Below, piece by piece: positions 44,426 to 54,018 of a stretch of 64,000 nucleotides of DNA; the first letter of the stretch is position 1, and the number at the start of each line of letters is the position of its first letter. Below the pieces are notes generated by a model, which was not told the DNA's origin, searched no databases, and saw only the letters and a list, made by a program, of their open reading frames with translations. The position numbers and the translations under genes are program-made. The DNA is from Dehalococcoidia bacterium (GTDB taxonomy: Bacteria > Chloroflexota > Dehalococcoidia > Lucifugimonadales > UBA3495): positions 3,787,547-3,851,546 of the forward strand of contig OY762444.1 in NCBI GenBank assembly GCA_963665735.1, in the 5' to 3' direction.

Positions 44426-44965
44426 TTAGAGGTTTTCTCCCTGGTAGCGGCCTTGGTAGCCGGGGCCGGTGGGGTCGTCCAGCCGGAAGAACACCAGTTG
44501 CACTAGCCGGGCGCCTTTCTGCACCCGGAATCCGTGGTGGTTGTGGACTACCAGGAGGGCTTGGGAACGCCCGGAGTAGCCGGCGTCCCAGACGCCGGTG
44601 GGGACGCTGACGCCGCTGCGGAGCAGGCTGGTGCGGGATTGGCCGAGGGCGGCCAGTCCCGGGGGCAGGGATACGATTTCGGAGAAGGTGATGGAGTAGT
44701 GGCCGGGGGGAAGGTCGGCCCAACCATCGGGGTCGAAAGGGATGGGGGATAGTTGGGAGACGGTACGGTCTGACGGGTCGGCGCCGAGTATGCCGGGGGT
44801 TTCCAGGCGGCTGATTTGTTGCAGGGTCAAGTCAAAGCCGTTGGGCTGCAACTGGTCTTTCAGGGAAAGGAAGTCGCGCACCAGGGGCGGGTCGGCGGCG
44901 ATGAGTTGGGCGATGGAGTTTTGGCTCAGCACGGGCGGCGGGCCTTTCGATGGGTGGTTCACCAT
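44426..44965 (-). CDS. dCTP deaminase/dUTPase-fold protein, probable dUTP diphosphatase
   Basis: ORF 44426..45100 trimmed to ATG 44965, because the upstream part is repeat-derived. LQPNGFDLTL, GQSRTSLLRSG and VWDAGYSG motifs of the trimeric dUTPase fold. Confidence 0.65.
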   Translation of the reverse strand: MVNHPSKGPPPVLSQNSIAQLIAADPPLVRDFLSLKDQLQPNGFDLTLQQISRLETPGILGADPSDRTVSQLSPIPFDPDGWADLPPGHYSITFSEIVSLPPGLAALGQSRTSLLRSGVSVPTGVWDAGYSGRSQALLVVHNHHGFRVQKGARLVQLVFFRLDDPTGPGYQGRYQGENL

Positions 44966-45009
44966 CAATGTGTCCACCGGGGCCGATGTCGGTATTGGCA
45001 AGGATTTCT

Positions 45010-45062
45010 GGATTCCGGCCCGTTCGGCGATGCTCAGGGCAGGCTCTACGCCGGAATGACGG
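45010..45062 (+). repeat. A-type hairpin with a loop insertion (same subfamily as 44312)
   Basis: GGATTCCGGC[ccgttcggcgatgctcagggcaggctctac]GCCGGAATGACGG. Shares the upstream GTCGGTATYGGCAAGGATTTCT with 44290-44311. Confidence 0.85.
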
Positions 45063-45142
45063 GTTGGGGTATGCCGGAATGGTTTTTTTGCCAGGCGCAA
45101 GGGGGATGGAATTTTGAGAAAGGGTTTTTACCCCCACCCCAA

Positions 45143-45165
45143 CCCTCCCCCTACCAGGGGGAGGG
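45143..45165 (+). repeat. B-type hairpin repeat
   Basis: CCCTCCCCC tacca GGGGGAGGG. Confidence 0.9.
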
Positions 45166-45182
45166 AGATTTTCGTGGGGTGA

Positions 45183-46808
45183 TTAGTCGTGCATGAAGTC
45201 CTGGATGTCGGCGGGTAGGGGTTCGTGCTTGGGGATTTCGGTTACGACCGCCTCGGTGGTCAGCATCATGCCTGCAACGCTGCCGGCGTTCTGGAGGGCA
45301 GAGCGGGTGACTTTGGCCGGGTCAATGATGCCGCGGTCAACCAGATTGGTGTATTCGCCCTTGTCGGCGTCGAAACCCCAATCGCCTTCGCCGTTGCGGA
45401 CGCGGTCAAGGACCACCTGGCCGGGATAGCCGGCGTTGTCGGCGATGACGGTCAGTGGGGCGCTCAAGGCTTGGCGGACGATGCGGACGCCGATGCTTTC
45501 GTCACCCCGGAGTTGGCTTTCCAGGTCTTCCAGGACTTGCTCGGCGCGAATCAGGGGGACGCCGCCGCCGGGGACGATGCCCTCTTCCACGGCGGCGCGG
45601 GTGGCGGCCAGCGCGTCCTCGGTGCGGGACTTTCTTTCGTTCAACTCGGGTTCGGTGGCGGCGCCGACTTTGATGACGGCGACGCCGCCGGCCAGGGCGG
45701 CCAAGCGTTCCTGGAGCTTTTCCCGGTCGTAGTCGGAGGTGGTGTCGGTAATCTGGACGCGGAGTTGTTCGATGCGCCCGTGGATGTCGTCTTCTTCGCC
45801 GGCGCCTTCGACGATGGTGGACTCGTCTTTGAGGGCCAGCAGACGGCGGGCGGAACCAAGGTGTTCCAGTTCGACGCTTTCCAGGCTGAGGCCGGTGTCG
45901 GCGCTGATGACGGTGCCGCCGGTCATTATGGCCATGTCTTCCAAGAGGGCCTTGCGGCGGTCGCCAAAGCCGGGGGCCTTGATGGCGACGCAGTTGAGGG
46001 TGCCGCGGAGCTTGTTGACCACCATCGTAGCTAGGGCTTCGCCGTCCACGTCTTCGGCGATGACCACCAAGGGGCGGCGGCCGGCCTGGGCCACCTTTTC
46101 CAGGGTGGGGATGATGTCGTTGGCGGAGCTGAGCTTCTGGTCGGTAATCATAAAGAGGGGCTGCTCCAGGGCCACTTCCATGCGCTGGGCGTCGGTGACG
46201 AAATGGGGGGAGAGGTAGCCGCGGTCGAGGCGCATACCTTCCACCACGTCCAGGTCGTCCAGCAGGCTCTTGGATTCCTCGACGGTAATGACGCCTTCGC
46301 GGCCCACCTTGTCCATAGCTTCGGCGATTAGGTCGGCGATGGCTTCTTCGTGGGCGGAGAGGGCGGCGACGCGGGCAACCTGGTCGCGGTTTTCGACGGG
46401 GACGGACATTTTGCCGATTTCGGCGACCACGGCGTCAACGGCTTTGCTGATGCCGGACTTGAGGCTGGTGCCGCTGGCGCCGGCGGCCACGTCGCGGAAA
46501 CCGTGGCGGACGATGGACTGGGCGAGGACGACGGAGGTGGTGGTGCCGTCGCCAACCACGTCGTTGGTCTTGGCGGCGGCTTCTTTGACCAACTGGGCGC
46601 CCATGTTTTCGTAGGGGTCGGGGAGGACTACTTCTTTGGCAACGGTAACGCCGTCCGAGCAAACGACGGGCAAGGCCCAGACGCGGGCCAAGAGGACGTT
46701 GCGGCCGCTGGGGCCAAGGGTGAGGCTGACCACCCGTCCGAGTTCGTCAACGCCGCGCATAAGGCTGGAACGAGCTTCTTCGTCGAAGGCTAATTGTTTT
46801 TCGGGCAT
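45183..46808 (-). CDS. groEL: chaperonin GroEL paralog (no adjacent groES)
   Basis: 541 aa. [20 protein letters not shown]. The C-terminus lacks the GGM repeat tail. Confidence 0.9.
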   Translation of the reverse strand: MPEKQLAFDEEARSSLMRGVDELGRVVSLTLGPSGRNVLLARVWALPVVCSDGVTVAKEVVLPDPYENMGAQLVKEAAAKTNDVVGDGTTTSVVLAQSIVRHGFRDVAAGASGTSLKSGISKAVDAVVAEIGKMSVPVENRDQVARVAALSAHEEAIADLIAEAMDKVGREGVITVEESKSLLDDLDVVEGMRLDRGYLSPHFVTDAQRMEVALEQPLFMITDQKLSSANDIIPTLEKVAQAGRRPLVVIAEDVDGEALATMVVNKLRGTLNCVAIKAPGFGDRRKALLEDMAIMTGGTVISADTGLSLESVELEHLGSARRLLALKDESTIVEGAGEEDDIHGRIEQLRVQITDTTSDYDREKLQERLAALAGGVAVIKVGAATEPELNERKSRTEDALAATRAAVEEGIVPGGGVPLIRAEQVLEDLESQLRGDESIGVRIVRQALSAPLTVIADNAGYPGQVVLDRVRNGEGDWGFDADKGEYTNLVDRGIIDPAKVTRSALQNAGSVAGMMLTTEAVVTEIPKHEPLPADIQDFMHD

Positions 46809-46841
46809 TCTTGACCCACCTCGCTTTGGTATCTGGTTTGG

Positions 46842-46868
46842 GCCGGCATTCGCAGGGGAAATGCCGGC
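46842..46868 (-). other. 9-bp stem hairpin in the groEL 5' leader
   Basis: GCCGGCATT cgcagggga AATGCCGGC, 34-60 nt upstream of the start codon. Confidence 0.4.
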
Positions 46869-47161
46869 GGATCAGGACAATTTTCCGACTAACAAATATG
46901 CGATAGGGCGGGCGGATTGTCAACCGGGGGATTGGGTGGGGAGTTCAGGTTGGAGGAGTGACAAGTTGGCGTTGCGTGGGTTTGATTCCCGGTTTTAGAA
47001 TGGCGGTGGATTCTCAAGTTGGGTATGTTAGTCCGGGGTGGGCGGAAAGCGGTTTACTTTGGCGCGATTGGTCAAGACAATCTGCCGGGATGTGATGTTG
47101 GGCCGCTTGTGCCGGTCTTGAAGATGCCTGACAACAGATTGAGGGCCAAAATGGAGGAAGC

Positions 47162-47470
47162 ATGACACCGCGAAAATGGCCGAAGTTGTGGTACGACGAG
47201 CCTGATTGTCTCAAAATCAGGCTGGAACCGGGCGAGGCGCGAATCTCAATCCTTGACCACGACACCATTATTGTCAAGAAGATTAACGGCAAGGCAATGG
47301 AGGCGCTGGTTCCGACTCATTCTTTGCCGGAAAGCCTTGATTGGGCCCCGGTTCAGTTGGCCGGCCGGCATGAAGGCTGCGTCATCCTGTACTTTCCGGT
47401 CAGCAATGAAGGGAGGCCAACCTGGATGATTCCAGAGGATGAGTTCAACAAAATCCTCATCAGGGACTAA
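47162..47470 (+). CDS. hypothetical protein (102 aa)
   Basis: GGAGGA RBS. Visibly lower GC than surrounding genes. I recognise no family. Confidence 0.5.
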   Translation: MTPRKWPKLWYDEPDCLKIRLEPGEARISILDHDTIIVKKINGKAMEALVPTHSLPESLDWAPVQLAGRHEGCVILYFPVSNEGRPTWMIPEDEFNKILIRD

Positions 47471-47513
47471 CCGGCGGAATCGGACGTAGCGACCAAAGGA
47501 GGGGCCGTCAGTC

Positions 47514-48056
47514 ATGCTTTTGTCTGACCGTGAAATCAGGCTTGCCCTGGAAAGCGGTGACTTGGTTATTGACCCGCCGCCCCCGGTGGAAAGCGACATG
47601 ATTCAACCCGCGTCAATTGACCTTCATCTCCACCCCATTGTACGGACATACAAAGAAGACGTGAACCGGGACGCTACGACCCTCGATATAGGCTTGTTGG
47701 ATGTAGAGGCTTACCTTGCAGCCAATACGGACGAACATGACATTTCCCAAAGGGCTTTGGGCCTGCGACCGGGTGACTTCGTAATCGGGCAGACTCTTGA
47801 GAGAGTGCGCTTGAGCAACATTCTTGCCGGGCGCGTTGAAGGGAGGAGCCGATTGGCCCGGATGGGCATAGGGGTGCATTTGACTGCGCCTAAAATTGAC
47901 CCCGGTTTCGATAACCGAATCACCCTGGAAATTTTTCACGTAGGAAAACGGCGGGTGGAAATCCCGAACGGCATGGCGATTTGCACTCTGCTTTTGGAGC
48001 GGTTGGGATTCCCGGCCAGTCATTCGTACTCGGGAGTATTCCAGGGAGAGACCTGA
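47514..48056 (+). CDS. dcd: dCTP deaminase
   Basis: AAGGAGGGG RBS. MLLSDREI..., QPASIDLHL, GRSRLARMG and ITLEIFH match the Dcd motifs, including the catalytic Ser/Arg/Glu positions as I recall them. Confidence 0.85.
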   Translation: MLLSDREIRLALESGDLVIDPPPPVESDMIQPASIDLHLHPIVRTYKEDVNRDATTLDIGLLDVEAYLAANTDEHDISQRALGLRPGDFVIGQTLERVRLSNILAGRVEGRSRLARMGIGVHLTAPKIDPGFDNRITLEIFHVGKRRVEIPNGMAICTLLLERLGFPASHSYSGVFQGET

Positions 48057-48080
48057 TGGGCATTGATGATTGGGATTTCT

Positions 48081-48107
48081 GGATTCCGGCTTTCGCCGGA
48101 ATCGCGG
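48081..48107 (+). repeat. A-type hairpin repeat
   Basis: GGATTCCGGCTTTCGCCGGAATCGCGG. Confidence 0.9.
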
Positions 48108-48162
48108 GTTGAGCAAGGGGGAAGGGCCTTTTCCCGCAGTCTTTGGTTGGTAAAATCCCCCT

Positions 48163-48705
48163 TTACAAAGGGGAGTTATGTGGGTTGGTTCTTGGGAGTG
48201 GGGGTGGAGCCAGATAGAGTTGGACGCCTTCTTTGCCGGGTACGGCGGCGGTTAGGGTTTTTATGGCGGCGTTTTGGATGGGGTGATTCAGGTCGGGGGC
48301 GATTTCGGCCAGGGGGATTAGGACGAAGGCCCTTTCGTGCATCCGGGCGTGGGGGATTTGCAGGTCGGGTTGGGTTTCCAGGATGACGTGGTTTCCGTAT
48401 AAGAGGATGTCCACGTCTATGGCGCGGGGGCCGTAGCGGAAGGTGGGCTGGCGTCCAACGGTCTGCTCGACTTGTTGGGCCAGTTCCAGCAGGGGAACGG
48501 GCGGCAGCCGGGTTTCAACGGCGATTACGCAGTTCAAGAATTGGGGTTGGTCGAGGTAGCCCCAGGGGGCGGTTTCGTAGATTGAGGAACAGCGGAGGAG
48601 GCGCAGGGCGTCGGATTGGGACAAGAGGGCCAAGGCCAGGCTGAGGTTGTCTGGACGGCGGCCCTGGTTAGACCCCAATCCCAAGTAGGCGGTTATCCAT
48701 TCCAA
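48163..48705 (-). CDS. folK: 2-amino-4-hydroxy-6-hydroxymethyldihydropteridine diphosphokinase
   Basis: YLGLGSNQG, YETAPWGY and RAIDVDILLYG motifs. Confidence 0.9.
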   Translation of the reverse strand: MEWITAYLGLGSNQGRRPDNLSLALALLSQSDALRLLRCSSIYETAPWGYLDQPQFLNCVIAVETRLPPVPLLELAQQVEQTVGRQPTFRYGPRAIDVDILLYGNHVILETQPDLQIPHARMHERAFVLIPLAEIAPDLNHPIQNAAIKTLTAAVPGKEGVQLYLAPPPLPRTNPHNSPL

Positions 48706-49556
48706 TGCGGGGGCCTCCAGCCGCGGATGATGGCGTCGGTCATGCGGCAGACGCGCGCCATTTCCTTCACGTCATGGACTCGCACGATGTCGGCGCCGGC
48801 GGCGATGGACAGGGCGACGGTGGCGGCGGTGCCTTCCAGCCGTTCTTCCACGGGCAAGTCCAGCACCAGGCCGATGGTGGACTTGCGGGAAGTCCCAACC
48901 AGCAGGGGATAGCCCAATTCCTGAAATTCCGACAGCCGTTGCAGGACTTCCAGGTTGTGGTCCGGGGTCTTGCCGAACCCGATGCCGGGGTCAAGGATGA
49001 TGTTATGGGCGGGAACGCCGGCGTCCAGGGCGAGTTGGGCCGATTGGGTTAGACTGGCGAAGATTTGGGCCAGCAAGTCATCGTAGTCGCGGGAATGGCG
49101 GTTGTGCATAAGTATCAGCGGGGCGCCAAAGTCGGCGGCGACTTGGGCAAGGGCAGGATCAGCCTGCAAGCCCCATATATCGTTGATGATGACGGCCCCG
49201 GCGTCCAGGGCGCGGCGGGCGACCTGGCTTTTGCAGGTGTCAACGCTGATGGGCAGGCGGGTAGCCGCGGCCAAGGCTTCCAGGGCAGGCAGCAGGCGGC
49301 GCAGTTCCTCGTCCGGGGTGATGGGTTGATGGCCGGGGCGGGTGGATTCGGCGCCCACGTCGAGGAAGTCGGCGCCGTCAGCCTCGAAACGGAGGGCCTG
49401 CTCTACGATGGCGGGAACGTCGCCGGCCAAGCCGTCGCCGGAAAAGGAATCGGGGGTTACGTTGATGATGCCCATGACGTAGGTGCGGCGGCCCCATTGG
49501 AGGGGTTCGCCGTTGGCGACGGTCAGGTTGGGCAGAGATTTGGCGGCGCTGGTCAT
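48693..49556 (-). CDS. folP: dihydropteroate synthase
   Basis: MGIINVTPDSFSGDG and DVGAESTRPG motifs. 13-nt overlap with folK. Confidence 0.9.
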   Translation of the reverse strand: MTSAAKSLPNLTVANGEPLQWGRRTYVMGIINVTPDSFSGDGLAGDVPAIVEQALRFEADGADFLDVGAESTRPGHQPITPDEELRRLLPALEALAAATRLPISVDTCKSQVARRALDAGAVIINDIWGLQADPALAQVAADFGAPLILMHNRHSRDYDDLLAQIFASLTQSAQLALDAGVPAHNIILDPGIGFGKTPDHNLEVLQRLSEFQELGYPLLVGTSRKSTIGLVLDLPVEERLEGTAATVALSIAAGADIVRVHDVKEMARVCRMTDAIIRGWRPPHWNG

Positions 49557-49665
49557 GGTTGGACTCGGTTGAGGGGTTCAACGGCATTTTACACTGACGG
49601 GGTGCGCCTTGCATGGGTGTTGAAGGCTCTGCTAGCATGGGCGCACCTATGGAGAATGGGAAGGT

Positions 49666-49760
49666 GGATTCCCTCGAAAGCAGGAATGACGGTAGGGGGC
49701 GGAGATTTCTCGATTCCGGCTCCTTCGGCTATGCTCAGGACAGGTTTCGCGGGAATGACG
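49666..49760 (+). repeat. two A-type units (one with a reversed loop, one with a loop insertion)
   Basis: GGATTCCCTCGAAAGCAGGAATGACGG, then CGATTCCGGC[tccttcggctatgctcaggacaggtttc]GCGGGAATGACG. Confidence 0.85.
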
Positions 49761-49779
49761 ACGGTAAAGTTTCGGGATT

Positions 49780-51372
49780 ATGGCAGCGGAAAAGCGGCTG
49801 ATTGACGAAAAGTTAGAAGCCCTGGGAGAGATGCGGCTGAAGGCCCAGCAGGGTGGGGGTCAGCAGCGGATTGACCAGCAGCACGGGCGGGGGAAGTTGA
49901 CCGCGCGGGAGCGGCTGGCCCGGCTGGCGGATGAAGGTTCGTTCCAGGAAATTGATTCCTTTGTGACGCACCGGGCGACGGAGTTCGGCTTGGCGGAGCG
50001 GAAGTTCCTGGGGGATGCGGTGGTTACGGGGTTCGGGACGGTGCAGGGGCGGCGGATTTTCGCTTACGCCCAGGACTTTACGGTTTTCGGCGGGTCGCTG
50101 TCGGAAGTGGTGGGGCAGAAGATTTGCAAGGTGATGGACCTGGCGGGCAAGACGGGCTGCCCGGTAGTGGGTCTGAACGATTCCGGGGGGGCGCGTATCC
50201 AGGAAGGAGCGGACAGCCTGGCGGCTTACGGCGATATTTTCCTGCGGAATACGCGGTATTCGGGGGTGGTGCCGCAGATTTCGGTAATCATGGGGCCTTC
50301 GGCCGGGGGAGCAGTGTATTCGCCGGCGATTACGGACTTTATTTTTATGGTGCAGGGGACGGGCCAGATGTACATTACCGGCCCGGACGTGGTGCAGGCG
50401 GTGACCGGGGCGCAAGTCACCCACGAAGAGTTGGGGGGCGCGGATTCCCACGCCACCCGCAGCGGGGTAGCGCATTTCGTCTATCCCAATGAAGAGGGAT
50501 GTTTGGAGGAAGTGCGGCGTCTGCTGGGCTACCTACCTTCCAACAGCGCGGAAGACCCGCCCATCTACCGGACGGTTGACCCGCCGGACCGGGCGGAGCC
50601 GGGGTTGCGCTACCTGATTCCCGATGAGGCCAACCGGCCCTATGACATCCGGGACGTGATACGACTGGTGGTTGACCGGGAGGAAACGGACGGCGGGGAA
50701 TGGCAGGACGACTTCATGGAGGTGCAGGAGCATTACGCCCCTAACGTAGTGGTGGGTTTTGCCCGCATCGCCGGGCGGTCGGTAGGGATAATCGGGAACC
50801 AGCCGGCTTACCTGGCGGGGGTGCTGGACATCAACGCATCGGCCAAGGCGGCGCGTTTCGTGCGGTTCTGCGACTGTTTCAACATTCCGCTGATTACGCT
50901 GGTGGACGTGCCGGGGTTCATGCCGGGGGTTGACCAGGAATACGGGGGGATTATCCGGCACGGGGCCAAGCTGATTTACGCCTATGCCGAGGCCACGGTG
51001 CCGAAGATAAGCGTCATCACCCGGAAGGCTTACGGTGGGGCGTATATCGTGATGAGCAGCAAGCACCTGAGTTCGGACATTAACCTGGCGTGGCCGTCGG
51101 CCGAGATTGCAGTGATGGGGCCGGACGGCGCGGTCAACATAATCTACCGGGAGCGGATTTCGCAGTCGGAGGACCCGGAGCAAACGCGACAAGAATTGAC
51201 GCGGGATTACCAGGAACGGTTCACGAATCCCTACGTTGCCGCCAGCCGGGGATACCTGGATGACGTGATTGACCCGGCGGAGACGCGGGCCAAGATTGTG
51301 CAGGCGTTGACGATTTTGCCGGATAAGAGGGACACGCTGCCGGCGAAGAAGCACGGGAATATACCGTTATAG
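49780..51372 (+). CDS. acyl-CoA carboxylase carboxyltransferase (beta) subunit, propionyl-CoA/methylmalonyl-CoA type
   Basis: 530 aa. GKLTARERL..., [26 protein letters not shown] and [11 protein letters not shown]. Confidence 0.9.
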   Translation: MAAEKRLIDEKLEALGEMRLKAQQGGGQQRIDQQHGRGKLTARERLARLADEGSFQEIDSFVTHRATEFGLAERKFLGDAVVTGFGTVQGRRIFAYAQDFTVFGGSLSEVVGQKICKVMDLAGKTGCPVVGLNDSGGARIQEGADSLAAYGDIFLRNTRYSGVVPQISVIMGPSAGGAVYSPAITDFIFMVQGTGQMYITGPDVVQAVTGAQVTHEELGGADSHATRSGVAHFVYPNEEGCLEEVRRLLGYLPSNSAEDPPIYRTVDPPDRAEPGLRYLIPDEANRPYDIRDVIRLVVDREETDGGEWQDDFMEVQEHYAPNVVVGFARIAGRSVGIIGNQPAYLAGVLDINASAKAARFVRFCDCFNIPLITLVDVPGFMPGVDQEYGGIIRHGAKLIYAYAEATVPKISVITRKAYGGAYIVMSSKHLSSDINLAWPSAEIAVMGPDGAVNIIYRERISQSEDPEQTRQELTRDYQERFTNPYVAASRGYLDDVIDPAETRAKIVQALTILPDKRDTLPAKKHGNIPL

Positions 51373-51378
51373 GGATGT

Positions 51379-51505
51379 GGATTCCCGCTTTCGCGGGAAT
51401 GACGGTAGTTGTAACGGGGAAGGGTCTGGATTCCCGTTTTTGCGGGAATGACGGTAGTTGTGTAACGGGGAATGGTCTGGATTCCGGATTTCGCCGGAAT
51501 GACGG
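51379..51505 (+). repeat. three tandem A-type units (about 50-bp period)
   Basis: Cores at 51379-51405, 51428-51454 and 51479-51505, with stems CCCGC/GCGGG, CCCGT/GCGGG and CCGGA/GCCGG. Confidence 0.9.
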
Positions 51506-51544
51506 GCTAGTGGCGGGGAGAGTTTTGGACGCTGAGGGACTTTG

Positions 51545-52552
51545 ATGGAATTTGGGTTGTTTGACCAGTTGCCTTGCGCCGCTACGCAGGATGCGGCGGC
51601 CCGGTATGAGGACATAATCGCCCAGGGGCAGTTGGCGGACCGGCTGGGGTTGGACTCGATTTGGCTGGCCGAGTACCACTTCAACCCGCGATTTTCGATA
51701 ATGCCGTCGCCGTGGCTGCCGGCTACGGCCATTGCCCGGAGTACGCAGAACATCAAAATCGGTACGGCGGTGAACCTGCTGCCGCTGCACCAGCCGGTGC
51801 GGTTGGCGGAAGAGGTGGCGACGTTTGACGTTTTGTCCCAAGGTCGGGCGATTTTCGGGATTGGCCGGGGTTCCAACCCCGACCACTACGAAGGGATGGG
51901 CATCGCCACCGAGGAAGGGCGGCCCCGGTTCCAGGAAGCGCTGGGGCTGGTGTTGAAGTGCTGGACGGAGGAAACTGTCAACCACCGGGGAGAGTTTTAC
52001 CACGCCGAAGGGGTGCCGGTGGTGCCGAAGCCGCTGCAACAGCCCCATCCGCCGGTTTACATCGCCGCCAACAGCGCGGAGACGTTTACGATGGTGGGCG
52101 CGTTGGGTCACAATATCCTGGTTACGCCGCTCATCATTACCAACGATGGGGTGAGGGAAGGTCTGGCGGAGTACCGGGCGCAACTGGCCTTGGGAAACCA
52201 CGATGCGGGGGCGGTGAAGATACTGCCGACGCTGGCTTGCTGCGTGGCGGAGACTCGGAAAAAGGCGGAGGCGGTGCTGGAGCCGACTATCAATAACTAC
52301 CTGGGCGTACTGCGGGGCGGACGTTCCCGGGGTTCGGCGCGGGTAGCCAGCCTGACTTGCGAGGAGTTTCTGCGGGACTACGCCATCGTCGGCGACCCGG
52401 AGGAATGCGCCGATAAAGTCCGTGAGATTGGGGAGATGTTCGGGTGCCAGGGGATAATTTTCTGGCACAACATCGGGGGGATGGTTCCCCACGGGGAGAT
52501 TCAGAAGTCGCTGGAGCTTTTTGCGGATAAGGTTTTGCCGCAGTTTCGGTAG
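51545..52552 (+). CDS. LLM-class (luciferase-like) flavin-dependent oxidoreductase
   Basis: LGLDSIWLAEYHF and FGIGRGS motifs. ATG 51545 (TTG 51542 is also possible). Confidence 0.85.
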   Translation: MEFGLFDQLPCAATQDAAARYEDIIAQGQLADRLGLDSIWLAEYHFNPRFSIMPSPWLPATAIARSTQNIKIGTAVNLLPLHQPVRLAEEVATFDVLSQGRAIFGIGRGSNPDHYEGMGIATEEGRPRFQEALGLVLKCWTEETVNHRGEFYHAEGVPVVPKPLQQPHPPVYIAANSAETFTMVGALGHNILVTPLIITNDGVREGLAEYRAQLALGNHDAGAVKILPTLACCVAETRKKAEAVLEPTINNYLGVLRGGRSRGSARVASLTCEEFLRDYAIVGDPEECADKVREIGEMFGCQGIIFWHNIGGMVPHGEIQKSLELFADKVLPQFR

Positions 52553-52611
52553 GGGATTGGGGGATGGGTCAAGGGTTTGTCAGTCCGAAGTCGTACCTGA
52601 CAGGGATTTCT

Positions 52612-52638
52612 GTATTCCGGCCTGCGCCGGAATAACGG
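52612..52638 (+). repeat. A-type hairpin repeat (extended stem variant)
   Basis: GTATTCCGGCCTGCGCCGGAATAACGG. Confidence 0.85.
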
Positions 52639-52659
52639 GTTGGAGACGGGGCAAGGGAT

Positions 52660-54018
52660 TTGGGAGATGGGTTTTTGACGTTGTTTGAGCAGGGCGGCCA
52701 GCGGTTTGCCCAGGAAAACGCCCCCTTGCCGGAGCGGGTGCGTCCGCGGACTTTTGAGGAACTGGTGGGGCAGCAGCACGTCTTGGGGCCGGAGCGGGCG
52801 TTGCGCAAGGCCATTGAGGCCGACCGGATGCCGTCGTTCATACTTTGGGGGCCGCCGGGTAGCGGAAAGACGACCATCGCGCGACTGGTGGCCGGGGTTT
52901 CGGAGGCGCACTTTGAGGCGGTCAGCGCAGTAACGTCGGGGGTGGCGGACTTGCGCCGCATCGTGGCCGAGGCCAAAGACCGGCAGGGGATGTACCAACG
53001 TCCTACCATCCTGTTCGTTGATGAAATTCACCGTTTCAACAAGGCTCAGCAGGACGTGATTCTGCCCCACGTAGAGGACGGAACGGTGACGTTCATCGGG
53101 GCCACTACGGAAAACCCGTCGTTTGAGGTCAACGCTCCGCTGCTGTCGCGCTGCCGGGTGGTGACGCTGCGGGCGCTGGAACCGGAGGAAATGAAACTAG
53201 TCGTCCGGCGGGCGTTGTCAGACCGGGAACGGGGATTGGGGACACTGGACGCTAAGCTGGCCGAGGATGCTCTGGAGCATCTGGTCAATATCGCCAACGG
53301 GGACGCCAGGATTGCGCTGAACGCGCTGGAAACGGCGGCTTGGGCTACCAACCCCGGCGACGGGGGCAAGCGCGTCATCGCTTTAGAAACGGTTGCCGAC
53401 GCCCTCCAGCGACGGTCGCCGCGGTACGACAAGGGCGGGGACGAACACTACGACACCATATCGGCGTTCATCAAGTCGGTACGGGGTTCGTCGCCTGACG
53501 GGGCGCTTTACTGGCTGGCGCGGATGATTGAATCCGGGGAAGACCCCATGTTCATCGCGCGGCGGCTGGTGGTGCTGGCCGCCGAAGACGTTGGACTGGC
53601 GGAACCGCAAGCCCTGGCGGTGGCAGTGGCGGCGCAGCAGGCCGTCCATTTCGTCGGGATGCCAGAGGGCCGGATTCCGTTGGCGGAGGCCACGGTTTAC
53701 CTGGCTACTGCGCCGAAGAGCAACGCTGCGTACCTGGGAATCGAGCGGGCGTTGGAGGACGTGCGGCAACGTCCCAATGACCCGGTGCCGCTGCACCTGC
53801 GGAACGCCGTTACCGGGTTGCAACGGCAAATGGAACACGGCAAGGGTTACAAGTACGCCCACGATTTTGCGGGTCACTTTGCGGAGCAGGAATACCTGCC
53901 GCCGGCCCTGCAAGACCGGCGTTATTACCAGCCTTCCCGGGAGGGGAAAGAGGCGGAAATCGAGGAACGGCTGGGGCGTTGGTGGGGCCGGGATCCGGAC
54001 GGAGTCCGCGGGGATTAG
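52660..54018 (+). CDS. rarA: replication-associated recombination protein A (AAA+ ATPase)
   Basis: PLPERVRPRTFEELVGQQH, GPPGSGKTT, FVDEIHRFNK. The TTG start is uncertain. Confidence 0.9.
   Translation: MGDGFLTLFEQGGQRFAQENAPLPERVRPRTFEELVGQQHVLGPERALRKAIEADRMPSFILWGPPGSGKTTIARLVAGVSEAHFEAVSAVTSGVADLRRIVAEAKDRQGMYQRPTILFVDEIHRFNKAQQDVILPHVEDGTVTFIGATTENPSFEVNAPLLSRCRVVTLRALEPEEMKLVVRRALSDRERGLGTLDAKLAEDALEHLVNIANGDARIALNALETAAWATNPGDGGKRVIALETVADALQRRSPRYDKGGDEHYDTISAFIKSVRGSSPDGALYWLARMIESGEDPMFIARRLVVLAAEDVGLAEPQALAVAVAAQQAVHFVGMPEGRIPLAEATVYLATAPKSNAAYLGIERALEDVRQRPNDPVPLHLRNAVTGLQRQMEHGKGYKYAHDFAGHFAEQEYLPPALQDRRYYQPSREGKEAEIEERLGRWWGRDPDGVRGD

Noticed and set aside
46809-46900. CIRCE/HrcA operator upstream of groEL
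   Set aside because: No TTAGCACTC-N9-GAGTGCTAA-like inverted repeat is present. Only an unrelated 9-bp hairpin is seen.
47162-48056. dCTP-deaminase-based anti-phage nucleotide-depletion system
   Set aside because: The described defence deaminases belong, as I recall, to the zinc-dependent cytidine/dCMP deaminase fold with extra domains. This protein is a standard-length trimeric-dUTPase-fold Dcd with intact housekeeping motifs. It is kept only as a possible horizontally acquired island.
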